From NCBI GenBank assembly GCA_016748015.1, contig JAAOMT010000419.1, positions 1 to 64,000 on the forward strand: a stretch of 64,000 bases of DNA. The letters are read 5' to 3'. This stretch comes from Geosiphon pyriformis uo1. Its lineage: Eukaryota; Fungi; Glomeromycota. The translations under genes were made by a program, and so were the position numbers. Shown piece after piece: positions 28,427 through 40,671 of the stretch. Numbering within the stretch: the stretch's first letter is position 1; every line of letters begins with the position of its first letter. The notes below the pieces were generated by a model, which saw only the letters and a list, made by a program, of their open reading frames with translations, was not told the origin of the DNA and did not search any database.

Positions 28427-31385
28427 AAACAAATAATGTCACGTGTTAAACTATTATGTCACGTGCTTTTTCTAAGATTGTTACAAATTTTTTTTGTAAC
28501 AGATTATTACAAATCTATAAATTTTTTAAAAAAATATTGTTTCAATATTTGTTTTAATAGTATTATTATATATTTATAAAATAAATAGTTTTTTTACTGG
28601 TTTTTATTAAAATTTTACAGAATATTTAATTAAAATATTCTATTAATTTAATACTTTATAATAAAAAAAAAAGAAAAATTTGTAATATACTTCAAGTTTT
28701 TTTATCAATAAGTTAGAAAAAGTTTTTTTTTATTTATAAGTAATTCTTAAAAACATTTATGTTTATATATAATTTTTTAAATAAAGTTAACAATTAAATA
28801 GTAGTTTAATTTAATATTGTTTTTGCTTTTATTTATTTTATTAAGTAATTTGTTATTATAATTTATCTGTTTTTATTCAAAATTATTGTTAAAAATTTAA
28901 CAACATTGATTCCAATTTTTTTAAAAATTAACCAATAAAAATTATATAAACATTTTTTTTTAATTGAATTGTTTTTTTAATATATTTTGCTAAAAAATTA
29001 ATATATATAATATATATAATAATTTTTTTAAATTAAATAACTTTGATAATTGATTAAAATTTTTTGATTTTTTTGAATATAATTAATTTAACAAATCAAA
29101 TAAAAATTTAATTGTTTGTGCAAATATTTTATTATTATTAATTATATTCTAATAAATATTGTTTTTTATATAAAAATTTAATAAGTATTAAATAATTTTC
29201 TAAGTTTACTGTTATGTTTTTTTTTTATGCATTTAACAAGTGAAGTCTAATTATTATTTAGTATATAAAACCAAACTAAGTGGATCAAATTAAACACAGT
29301 TTATATACTTGTTACATATAGCCAGCCATTCAGACCAACCAAGGCTATACTACACATCTATGTAAACACACACATTACTACCTAAACCAGAAAAAAAATG
29401 ACACATCCTGCACTTACCAAAGTTAATTACAAAAGATTCTATAATACTAAGCATACAAATTACCCTATTGGATAATGTAGACACTAAATACAAAGACAGG
29501 TCTGAAATTAAATTATTATCCTTAACTAAACCAGCTTTCTCTATATCTACCTTATGTTTAGATCTAATAAGCTATATCTTAGCATAATACAGCTTTACTA
29601 CAAACTTGGCAGAATTAATAAGAGCCAAAACAGCTCTCTTTTTCTTTTTAAAGCACAAAACAGTTTCAGCATACCAATCTCTTAAAACAAAACCTTTGCA
29701 AATAATAATGTATAGACCCATATTCGAAAAACATGATAAAAATAAATGCAAAATAGAAAATAAAAATAGGCAAAAAAAACCTGTCAACAAAACCTATTTC
29801 TTAGTAGCTTTAGCCAAAATGTTCTCACAAAAACCAATGTCATCAGAATACATAAAAGCATGATCAGATACTTCTATTTTATCACACAGCAAGTACAGCA
29901 CTCCAGAATAGTTCTTGTTATATAACTTTTTCCTAACTATAACTGGCAGCCATTTATACACTGCTTTTATTAAATATGTTTGCATACTAACTGACTTTTA
30001 GCTGGTAAATCCAAAAAGCATGTGTGAATACAGTTGCCAGATCTTTGTAGTAGCTTTCCAATCTATTTTCCTAATAATAACACTTGGGACCACATTATAA
30101 CTAAAGCCAGTCTCCCAATAGGCATGGCAAATTAACTGGTATATATTACACAAAATAATAAATATTACCAGATATGGCAGTATTCTCAGCAACCAAAAAC
30201 CATTTCTGAATTCCAACCAACAAAGAAAAAGAAGAAAAGATAGTTTTACCTATTAGCACATCTGCTTTAATATTGTCTGATACCTCTGAATGGCTCTTAA
30301 CCTTCTCCCAATTTATTAAAATGTTTTTATCCTTAAGAAAATTGACTATATGTAATTGCTTGATTCAATAATGATTACAAAAATCAAACACAGCCAATGA
30401 GGCTTTAAACACACAAATATTAATCACAGATTGGCTGTTAAAGTAAAGAATCACAGAACATGAAAACAGAATGCACTCCAAAACCAGAGCAATAGCTTGT
30501 AATTCAGTTAAAATAAAAGACAGAAGCCTATCTATTCTTATCCCAATACTCATATCTACTGCAGAAAAGTAAACAGCTGCTCTACTTACCACTTCAGCCA
30601 AATTAGCACTTTTCAAAAATCCATCTGTGTAAATCTCAATATAATTAGACCAAACCTCTAACAAACTACTACAAAATTCAAAAAACACCTTAGATTCCAA
30701 AACATCTACTATAGATATACCTGAAACTACAGCAAATTCAACTCCAAGAAAAACATTCCCAACCAAAAACTCAGATGTTAGCACAAATTAACAAGGTACA
30801 GAGCTCCTTAGATCCAATCTCTTCTACTATCAAAATGTTTTCTATTCTATTATCTTCCCTTTTTTGTTCAAAAGTCTGTTACCAAAAGCTACATTAAACC
30901 TCTTTAAAGATAAAACTGAATTATAGTACAAGGGCTGCCTCAAAATATAAGACATAAAAAATTTGCCAGACCCATGAAAAGCACTAGGTAGATTGTTTAC
31001 CAAAAACAACTCATTATCTAAAAAAATTCTCACCACCCCAGCCAAAAAATTGTTTATTGAACTAACATATAACCTGACAGGAAACTGTAAAGAATTCAGA
31101 GGAGACCACCCCAGAATCTGCAAATCCAAAAACCTATGCTTAAATAAACAACCAAGAATACCATAAGCATTGGAGAAAGAAATTAGTGCAATGAGTTTCC
31201 TTTTAAATTGCACTTGCTCAAAAGGTTTCAATTTATACAATAACAGATAATACAAAACTTTACTGAAAAAGTCACATGGCAAACCAGCCTTGACTTTAAG
31301 ACTCTTCTTGACTATTACATCTCATTTGTGGCACATACTTGAAAAAATAAAGCTAAACTGTATTCTATAACTAATAATTGGCTGC

Positions 31386-32264
31386 TGTTATTCATAGAAA
31401 TATAGAAAATATATATTAGCATAGTTATTAGCCAATCAAAAGTAAACATAGTAAAATATAGAATTCCAGGATTCCTCTCAGGAATTGTAGAATTCCAGGA
31501 ATTACAGAATTCTTACAAGGAATCGCAGGATTCCAGAATTCCAGGATTCCTCTCAAAAAAATTGCAGGATTCTAGGAATCCCAGGATTTTTGTCGTAAAG
31601 AATCAAGGAATTAAGAAATCTCAATTATGTATATATAGTAGTAGTATTAAAAGCTAAAAAGATAGATCTCTCAGTTTAGATTTAATCTAAGCAACCCTCC
31701 AAACCACAATCATTTAATAAATAACTATTTGTTATCTCAAATTCATTTCCACTATCAACACTTTATGTTGATAATAATTGACACTTAATCACACTAGAAC
31801 AATAGCTCTTAATCACGGCTATTGATGGAATACTAACTTGCAAATCGCCTTGGCTTATTTCTTTTCTTTCTTTATTTTTATTTTTTTTCTTTATTTTCTT
31901 GCTTTAATTTTATTGTTGTGTACTAACTCTATTGAGGATTAATGCACAGGGCACTGACATCAAAATAAACATGACTGGTAAAAGACCCAGAAATAAGGGT
32001 AGAACACTCAATTAAGGATAGCTTACCAGGAGGAATACCAGCTATCAAGCTGAGAAAAAAATTGACAAAACTGCAGTTTCGGGAAGCTACAAATAAAACT
32101 ATCATCATTGAATCTCTGTCCATTATACAAAGAACTCAACCAAACCCTTTGGATACAAAACTTTCAGATATCAAACCTTTAGATCACTATCAACTGCAAC
32201 TAGATTTGAGCACCAAATTATGGGTTGTTATTTAATCCAACACCAGAAATTGTTATCTGTAATA
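31386..32264 (+). repeat. Gypsy-1 5' LTR
   Basis: TGTTA...TGTAATA (terminal CA mutated to TA); colinear with 40672-41550. Confidence 0.95.
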
Positions 32265-32266
32265 TT

Positions 32267-32283
32267 TGGTGCTTCCTGTGAGG
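32267..32283 (+). promoter_or_regulatory. Primer binding site
   Basis: TGGTGCTTCCTGTGAGG, 2 nt after the LTR, complementary to a tRNA 3' end ...CCTCACAGGAAGCACCA. It resembles fungal elongator tRNA-Met; the identity is inferred. Confidence 0.8.
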
Positions 32284-32289
32284 TATAAT

Positions 32290-34600
32290 TTTACAGAGAA
32301 TCAGCACCAACAACCCTATCCAAAAGTAGCAGAATCAGAAAACATAAGAGCAAACCATTTAGGATTCATGAAATCCTTATTTCAACATTACTGTGAACAC
32401 CTAAGATTAAACCATAATCACATATCCGCAGAATCAGTCTTCAATTTCTATGTCAATGAGAGAATTGCCTACTTATTAGGAATACCAGTAAACACCGAAT
32501 CATCAAAAGAAACCTTTTACAGCAAATTGATCCAAAATACCAGCTTACTAACAAATCATAATTTCACATCCATCATTACTAAGATCAACAAAGAAATTGA
32601 ACTTCACACTCAACAAAGATATCCAATTACTTATGCCAGTAAAAGCAAAAGAAAACTACAAACACCAGCAGTAACACCCAAAAAGATACAACCACCCACT
32701 TGGAAGAAAACAAGAGTTGAATCACCAATTGCTCCATCTTATTACTACACACTAAGAAGCGCCATCAATATAACATCAGCAAGCACATCCACCTCAAACA
32801 CAATATTAAAATTTGGACAATTCCCATTCCAAAGTAAACAAAGGAAAACAAATCTACTAAGACCATACAGTGAATATTTTGAAGGATTTAAATTGCGATC
32901 ACCAACACCATTAGGAATTCGATCACTGCCGCCTCAACCAGACTTTGGAACTGCTACCCTGTGGAAACTATCTGAAGAAGAAGAGGAAAAAAAATCGGAA
33001 GATTAAGAATTTACTTACCAAAATCCGATCCTTGAAAACCCGGAATTTGGAATCCCAAACGTTCAAACTCAATGAGAAAATCCGGAAATCAAAACCCTGA
33101 ATATTCAAACACTGCAAAATCAAAACCCTGAAGTAATTCATCAGCACTTGCCTCCAGTTATCGTCATTAATCGACCACAAGTGGAACCAATTGGCCAGCC
33201 TATCCAAACACCGAACCAACAAAATCAACAATCACTCCCAGTACCGCCTCAACAACAACAACAACTTCTACTACAGCAACAACAACTTCTACTACAGCAA
33301 CAACAACAAATGGCATATGCACCAATTATGAAACTCAACAAATTCACCGGCGAAGAAGACAATACACAAGTTTGGCTAAACAATGTAGAAAAAGCCATCG
33401 CAGCCAATGGATGGAATGATGCCAGAGCCATGCAAGCCATACCCTATTTTCTTAAGAATACAGTGAATTTATGATATCAAAGCCTGGTCAACAAACCCCA
33501 AGATTTCAATGCCTTCAAACTAGAATTTTTGAAATACTTTAGCAATAACAACAGCATTAACAGATTAGCCAACACTTTCACTACAATTAAACAAGGAGAA
33601 ACTAAAGCAGTTACCACATATCTGGGACACTTCTATAGAAATCTATGACAAATCCAAGCAATTGATGCTAATTATTTCACAGTGTCACAGATTCTCAATC
33701 AATTCATCTGTGGCCTGTGCAGTAGCATCCTGCAACACATACACCCATTGCATCCAGCCACTCTTAAGGATGCAGTCATACACATCAGAGATTTTGAATC
33801 TGCTGAATTAAAAGCCAATCATGTCCATGCCATAAACCTAGTAATAAATGGATCATCTGAATTGGATTCCAAATTGAAACAATTTAGTGATTCAATTAAT
33901 CAGAAATTAGAGGGATACTTAGCTGACAATCACACAATTTATCAACCACCACAACGATGCAATAATCCAGGAAATGCGAATCATTTCCAAAATCAGTCGC
34001 ATCCATCATTATTATCAGCAGCACCAAATCAGCCATGGCAGCCAGAAATGCGTGTTTGCCACAACTGTGGTAAACAAGGACACATAAGAGCAGACTGCAG
34101 ATTTTATAGCAACAATTCATGATTGGGAAATCAATATAGAAATCCCAATCGCAGATTTCAAACTCCGAATTGTTACCCAAATCAAGATCAAACTACTTAC
34201 CTGCCAATGACACAGTTACAAATCTATCAACCACCAGTATATCAAACTCCAGTCTATCAAACACCCACAATCTATCAACCACAGCCACAAGTAATTTATC
34301 AGCCACAACCTCAAGTAGTTTATCAACTCCAACAACAAATTCAAACACCACCACAAAACTTGCCTCAAAATGGAATCCAAAGGCTGAGAATGATACAACA
34401 AAACTGGCAATTGGTGATGATAGTCCACCAACCAATCTTCAGTTTGTCAAACTAGCAAACAGGATCTCGTCAACAAAATTCAGATACCAGTCATACCCAA
34501 AACCCAAATTCCCAGAACTATTTAAGTCTCCTGGTTACCTTAGAAGATGCCACACCCAGCAACCCGGAAACCAACCCAATCCAAAAACTTACCAGCAATG
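32290..34600 (+). pseudogene. Gypsy-1 gag with long N-terminal extension
   Basis: One frame broken by stops. Capsid-like KFTGEEDNTQVWL...AIPYFLK, Zn knuckle CHNCGKQGHIRADC, and Q/P-rich linkers. Confidence 0.85.
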
Positions 34601-37600
34601 ATCACTGAAGACAAAACATTAGCAGCCATCTTCCCATTTAAGTTCGAGGAAACCACCCCAGTCTTATTATTCAGTAGAGCTGCCCTTGAAAAGAAACCTA
34701 TTACAGCAATGTATACTGATGCCAAAGTAGATGGCCACTCTATCAAATTAATCTTAGATAGTGGTTGAGCAGGCAGCATTATCCTGCGACAACTCATAGA
34801 CCAATTAGGTCACCAAGTTGATCATGCTGCTAGTGCGCATATAATCACAGCTGATGGAGCAACCAAAACTCCAATAAGCAAAATAGACAACCTACCTATT
34901 GAAATTAACGGCCTTACAGTACCCATCAAAGTCCTTGTGATGGAAACCACTCAGTACTAAGCTCTTGTTGGAAATGATTGGCTATCCAAAACAAATACCA
35001 TACTCAATTGGACAATGCAAGAGCTCCAACTGAGCCAAAATGATCAACATACTTGGGCACCAGCAGTATGTGGCCACTTTAAACCAACTAACTCGTAGCC
35101 ACTGATTAAACTTGAGGAGGAAACAAAGAAACCAATATAGAAAGCATATCAGGTTTTGTGGGCTGATGTCAATCACAATAAACTGCTGCCCATACTCTCA
35201 TGGAATGACAAAGAGAAAAAGAAAGAGGAAGAAAAACTTATCTGGGGAACAAATCAGAGATTTTGGAGTGATTACAGCCAAAGCAAACCAACTACAGAAT
35301 GGACTTGGGAAGAGAAAAGAAAAGGAAAAGAACAAGAAAAAGAGCCAGCACAATTTACTACTCCTACATATGTCTCATATTCTACACAACTTTAGGCCAC
35401 CTACCGTCAACCTAAACTTGTATGCATCACGTGTGGCAAGAAATTGTTGGCAATAGGCACATGTTGTGACAATGATAAAAATTGGCAAACAGCAACAAGA
35501 TACTATTGTTGCCCATGCATCATTGAATGTGATGGCCAACCATCAAAAGTAAAAAAATAGGACAATACGCCATGCCTAGCATGCAGAAAAACACTTCTGG
35601 ATAAAGGAATGTGGAATAACATTCCAGGATGAAAAGAAACATGCAATGAAACATGCCAGTACACAATCCTAATAAACGATTGGATATGGAAAGGGACCTC
35701 AATTAACGATGCATGAAAACAAGCCTTAAAACATCTGGAAGACTACCTACATGATGAACATGAGATCTGGAGAATGGCATATGCAATGGCAGAAAGAGCT
35801 ATAGCTAGTGAGTTGCGGAAAATCAAAACCAATCTATTATCTCTCTCAAAACCAGAATATGTTGCAACGTTTGACATTTTTGGTAACATTGAGGATGATC
35901 CTGAGGAATTCCATGAACATTACCAATAACTAGCATCCACAAGAGAAGAACAAGAAGAGCAGTTAGCACAGCTAAACACTCGATTATGTAACCACTGTTT
36001 AATTCCATGTGACTTTTAGTATTGTAATGAGTGTGACCTTATTTACAATCTACCACCACGCATGATCTACACAATCTCCGAAGAGGAAGAACCAATCAGC
36101 AGCTGTGCATCAGACTCAGAATCAATTTTCAATCCCGATTCAAACTCTGACAAGGATAATGATGAAAACACCAGTTCCAGCTCTGTTCAAAATGGCATTA
36201 ACAACGACAATGATTCCAACTCAGATTTAAACTCCAATTTAAACTACGAACAATATATCGCACTTTCTGACCTTACCAAAAAGCAGGAACTTAAATGGTT
36301 CAGCGATAACAATAAAGATATTATGTCAGAACACGCACATGATACGAATACTGGATTTGATCTGAGATATCCTGGAAAAGAAGCCATTAAATTGGAACCA
36401 CATTTACACATCTGAATTAATCTGAAAGTAGCTTTAGAAATTCTAGCAACAACAATAGTTCAACTAGCATCTAGGAGTAGTTTAGCGAAAAAAGGGATAA
36501 ACATCAGAGGAGAAATAATTGACACAGGATACATAAAAAATATCATTGCTATGCTAACAAAATAACTCAGAAAAGGCTTATATCATAGAGCCAAACAAAA
36601 AGATAGTACAGGCAATATTCCTGCCTCTGGTTAAAGTAGCCTAATTAGTGTCAGTAGGAAATAGGGAAGAATTAGGAATAACAGCAAGAGGGATACAGGG
36701 ATTTAAATCAATGGGTAGAATAAATATACCAGTCAATATGGCAGAAAAAGAAATTGTTAACCAAGGAGAAATTATCTCAATGAGTCAAGCAATTTCCATT
36801 CCACCATATGGCCAGTACATGGTAAGGATAAAGCAGGAAATAAAAGAACAGAATCAGATTTTTGAAGCAGAACCAATTCTTTGTGAATTAAGAGAGATTG
36901 GACTGATCAATCTTTATATACCAGCCAAAAATTACAACCACATCAAAATTCCCATTTATAATAACACAAGAAATGTTATAGTAATACCAGCCGGAACTAC
37001 CATTAGATACTTAAGTACTGAAATAGAGTATCAACCACCAAGCACCATTCCGGACTTTCCACAGCTTTGTGGATATGTTGATATCACATCACAAACAATA
37101 TATGAACAAAGCAAATGTTATTTGCTCCAACCAGAGCAATTGGAACAAATGAACATGAGAAACTTAGACCCACTCTAACGTATGCAGCTCAAGATGTTGT
37201 TCAACAATTTCAATAACATTTTTGCCAGTGAAAATGAGTTTGGCAGAACTGATATTATCCAGTATTAGATCAAAACTGAAGATGCTATGCCAATTAAATA
37301 GCGAACATACAGAGTACCACCAGCCAGCCATGAAATCATCCATCAAGAGATCAACTGAATGCTTGACAACAAGTTAATTCAGCCATTAATAAGCCCATGG
37401 TTATCATCAGGAGTACTCGTCCATAAGAAGAATGAAAAAATCTGATTCTGTGTAGACTACAAGAAACTCAATGGTGTTATTCGTGGAGACAGCTACCCAA
37501 TTCCACAAATCCAGGAATTATTCGATGCTTTTGGTAGAAACAAATGGTTCTCAATATTAGACTTGGATAGTAGTTACTGACAAGTAGCCATGAATCCAGC

Positions 37601-39975
37601 TGACAAGGAGAAGACAGCATTCACCACTAGAAAAGAGAATTTTGAATTTGAAGTAATGTCCTTTGGTTTAACCAACACCCCAGCCACTTTCCAATGGCTA
37701 ATAGAAATTGTTTATACTGGCTTATTGTGAAAATCAGTAGTTGTATACTTAGATGACACCAATGTATTCTCAAAAACATTTGATGATCATTTTTATTATC
37801 TTTAATAAGTGTTTGAAAGATTAAGAAGAGCAGGACTAAAGTTAAATGCAACAAAGTGCTTCTTTGGCAAGACAAAACTAAAATTCTTGGAACATATAGT
37901 TAGCAAAGACAGCATCAAAATGGATCCAGAGAAAATAGAGATAATAAAGAACTTTCCAGTACCAACCAATGTGACTGAATTGAAATCATTCTTGGGATTT
38001 GCAAGCTATTATCGATGCTTTATAAAGAACTTTTTAAAGATAGCTCAACCGCTCAATAATCTGCAAACTAAGAATACCAAATATGAATGGACAGAAAGTT
38101 AACAAAAAGCTTTTAATATTCTGAAAAGAAAGCTCATTCAAGCTCCAGTACTAATCTACTCAGATCACAACAAACCATTCATCATTACCACCAATGCATC
38201 AGACCAAGCATTAAGAGCGGTACTATCTCAGAAGGGACCAGATGGCAGAGAACATCCAGTAGCATATGCTAGCTGAAGTCTAACACCAGCCAAAAAGAAC
38301 TATGGAACACCAGAACTAGAACATTTAGCAATCTATTAGGCAGTCATAAAGTGGAATGAATACTTGAGCCAAAAGTTTAATATATACACAGATTATAAAG
38401 GGTTAACATCACTTCAAAAACAAGAATTTGATGATAGCTGTCAATCCAGATGGAAAATGAGCACTCTCACAATATACTTATACTATACACTATAAAAAAG
38501 GAAAAGACAATGGAAATGCTGATGGTTTGTTACAAATAAGACAAATCTAAGAACATTTCAACCCAAAAATATAACAAAACCAAAACAATACTCACGAAAA
38601 TATAACAAAAGATGAACACACAAAAATATCAACAACTTCAACATTATATAGATACTCAATAGTTCAAGAAAAAATTATCTCAACTAGAACAAAAGAGGAT
38701 CAAACAACAATCCAAATATTTTATCACTTGCCAAAATATACTTTATTGGAAAAATAGAAAAGAGTAATTACAGAACCAGAAAAAAAGACAATACTGTTCA
38801 ACATGCACTCAGATCCAACTGCAGGACATTTTCATAAAGAAGCAACCATAGAAAAAACCAGAAAGAAATACTATTGGCCATCAATGTATCCAGACATCAT
38901 CTAATATGTGCAAAATTGTGATGCTTGTCAAAGAAGAGAAGGAACAAGACCCAGCAAACCATTGAGACCAATTAAAGTGGAACAACCATTCGACTGTATT
39001 GGAATTGATTTAATTGGACCATTAACAATTACCAGCAGAGGAAACAGATACATAGCAGTAGCCATGAATTATCTCACTAAATAGCCAGAGGCAAAAGCAA
39101 TTCAAAGAGCAGATGCAGAATCCGTTGCCAAATTTGTTCATCAGGAATTGATTTGTCGACATGAATATCCAAAAGAATTATTATCAGACCAAGAAACGCA
39201 TTTTGTGAACAGAACATTAACAGAATTGAACCAAAGATTCGGAATTAAGAGACTATTATCATCACCATACCATTCACAAACCAATAGATTAGTCGAAAGA
39301 TTCAACAAAACATTGTGTGAAGCAATAGCTAAGCTCAGCCAAGAAAACCAGAATGATTGGAATTTGTTGATACTATTAGTATTATTTGCTTATCTGACAA
39401 TAAAGCAAGACATTACACAAGCAACACCATTTGAATTGGTAAATAGTAGAACAGTAACATTACCAGTGAAGATAGAGGTTAACACATATCTAACTGAACC
39501 AATAACAGAAGAAAATTTCCAAGAAACATTGTTAAGAAGAACATATGACTTAATAGAAACATTGAAAAACAAATGAAAAAGAGCAGCTGATAATATACAA
39601 AAGTCACAAAAGAAACAGAAAAAAGACATAATAATTAACTACCAGACAAACCAGTTGAATTCAAGATTGGAGACAAAGTACTCTTACATCATACTAAAAC
39701 AGAAAAACAATGGAGTAAAAAATTTGACCCCAAATGAGATAGACCATTTTATATAGAAGAAATTCTAGGGAATGGAGCTTACAAATTAAGACTAGACAAC
39801 AAAATCTTAACCAAAGCAGCACATGGAGATTGACTGAAACCATACCACAACACCATACCACCATTCACCAGTAATATTCCACAATTAGGAGTACAGAGAA
39901 TACTAGTCCAACCAGATGAGATATCACAAGATCTGGAACCAATCATTATTATTGACAACAACACGTTAAATTGAT
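34600..39975 (+). pseudogene. Gypsy-1 pol: protease, Cys-rich domain, dUTPase, RT, RNase H, integrase
   Basis: LILDSG (~34750), Cys-rich region 35400-36050, dUTPase 36290-36720 (GFDLRYP, ASRSSL, RGIQGF), RT with YLDD (~37745), RNase H (TNASD, ELE), and integrase HHCC plus SDQE..VERFN. Confidence 0.92.
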
Positions 39976-40029
39976 CCATCAAAAAAATATATAAAGACAC
40001 GGTAAACACGACAGGAAATATCAGAAAAA

Positions 40030-40658
40030 ATGGAAATTACAGACAACATTTACTCACTAACACAACAACTTTTTCAATTGATTCAACACCAAGAGATAGA
40101 AATTACAATTAATCAACAAACCATCTGATATCAAGATACTAGAAAGACATTGCAATACAGAAAACAGAAGAAACCAGAAAATACCATTGACAAAATCATG
40201 GCAAAAATAAAATTGGCAATAAAAGAATCGACAAAAGAGTCAATATATCAAGAGTTAACTAAAGAAACTTGGAATTGGTAGATACAACAATTTCCAAGAA
40301 ACTATTGTTATTTTTACTTGAGACAACATGTAAATATCCAAAATCTATATATGGATAAAACAAAATAATTATTTGACACAAGAATACTACAACAATTAGA
40401 ACATTTTGTGAGAAAGAACAACTTATCCACACAGGCCCAAGCCATATACCAAATACATACAGCATTTCAGGATCAACCAAAAATATTACTCAACAAAGCA
40501 ATGGATATGGTTACAGTAATCAATTGGGAAAGATTACCAATACTCAATTTGAAGAATTACAGATTCAAATAACACAAGTAATTCTCAAAAACAAAATCCA
40601 AGAAATACTTCAAGAGGGGAAATTAAATGAGTTGGATTTCGACAGAGCTCATTATTAA
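40030..40658 (+). pseudogene. Gypsy-1 extra 3' ORF (ORF3), unknown function
   Basis: MEITDNIYSL...CYFYLRQ...AQAIYQIH...QLGKITNTQFEEL...LDFDRAHY*; homologous to the Gypsy-2 3' ORF. Confidence 0.65.
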
Positions 40659-40671
40659 AAGGAGGGAATAA
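40657..40671 (+). promoter_or_regulatory. Polypurine tract of Gypsy-1
   Basis: AAAAGGAGGGAATAA immediately before the 3' LTR. Confidence 0.85.

Noticed and set aside
34125-34131. GGGAAAT -1 frameshift site for gag-pol
   Set aside because: The -1 frame hits a stop within three codons. The gag frame continues with coding-like sequence up to a small lesion near 34605, so gag-pol was probably a single ORF.
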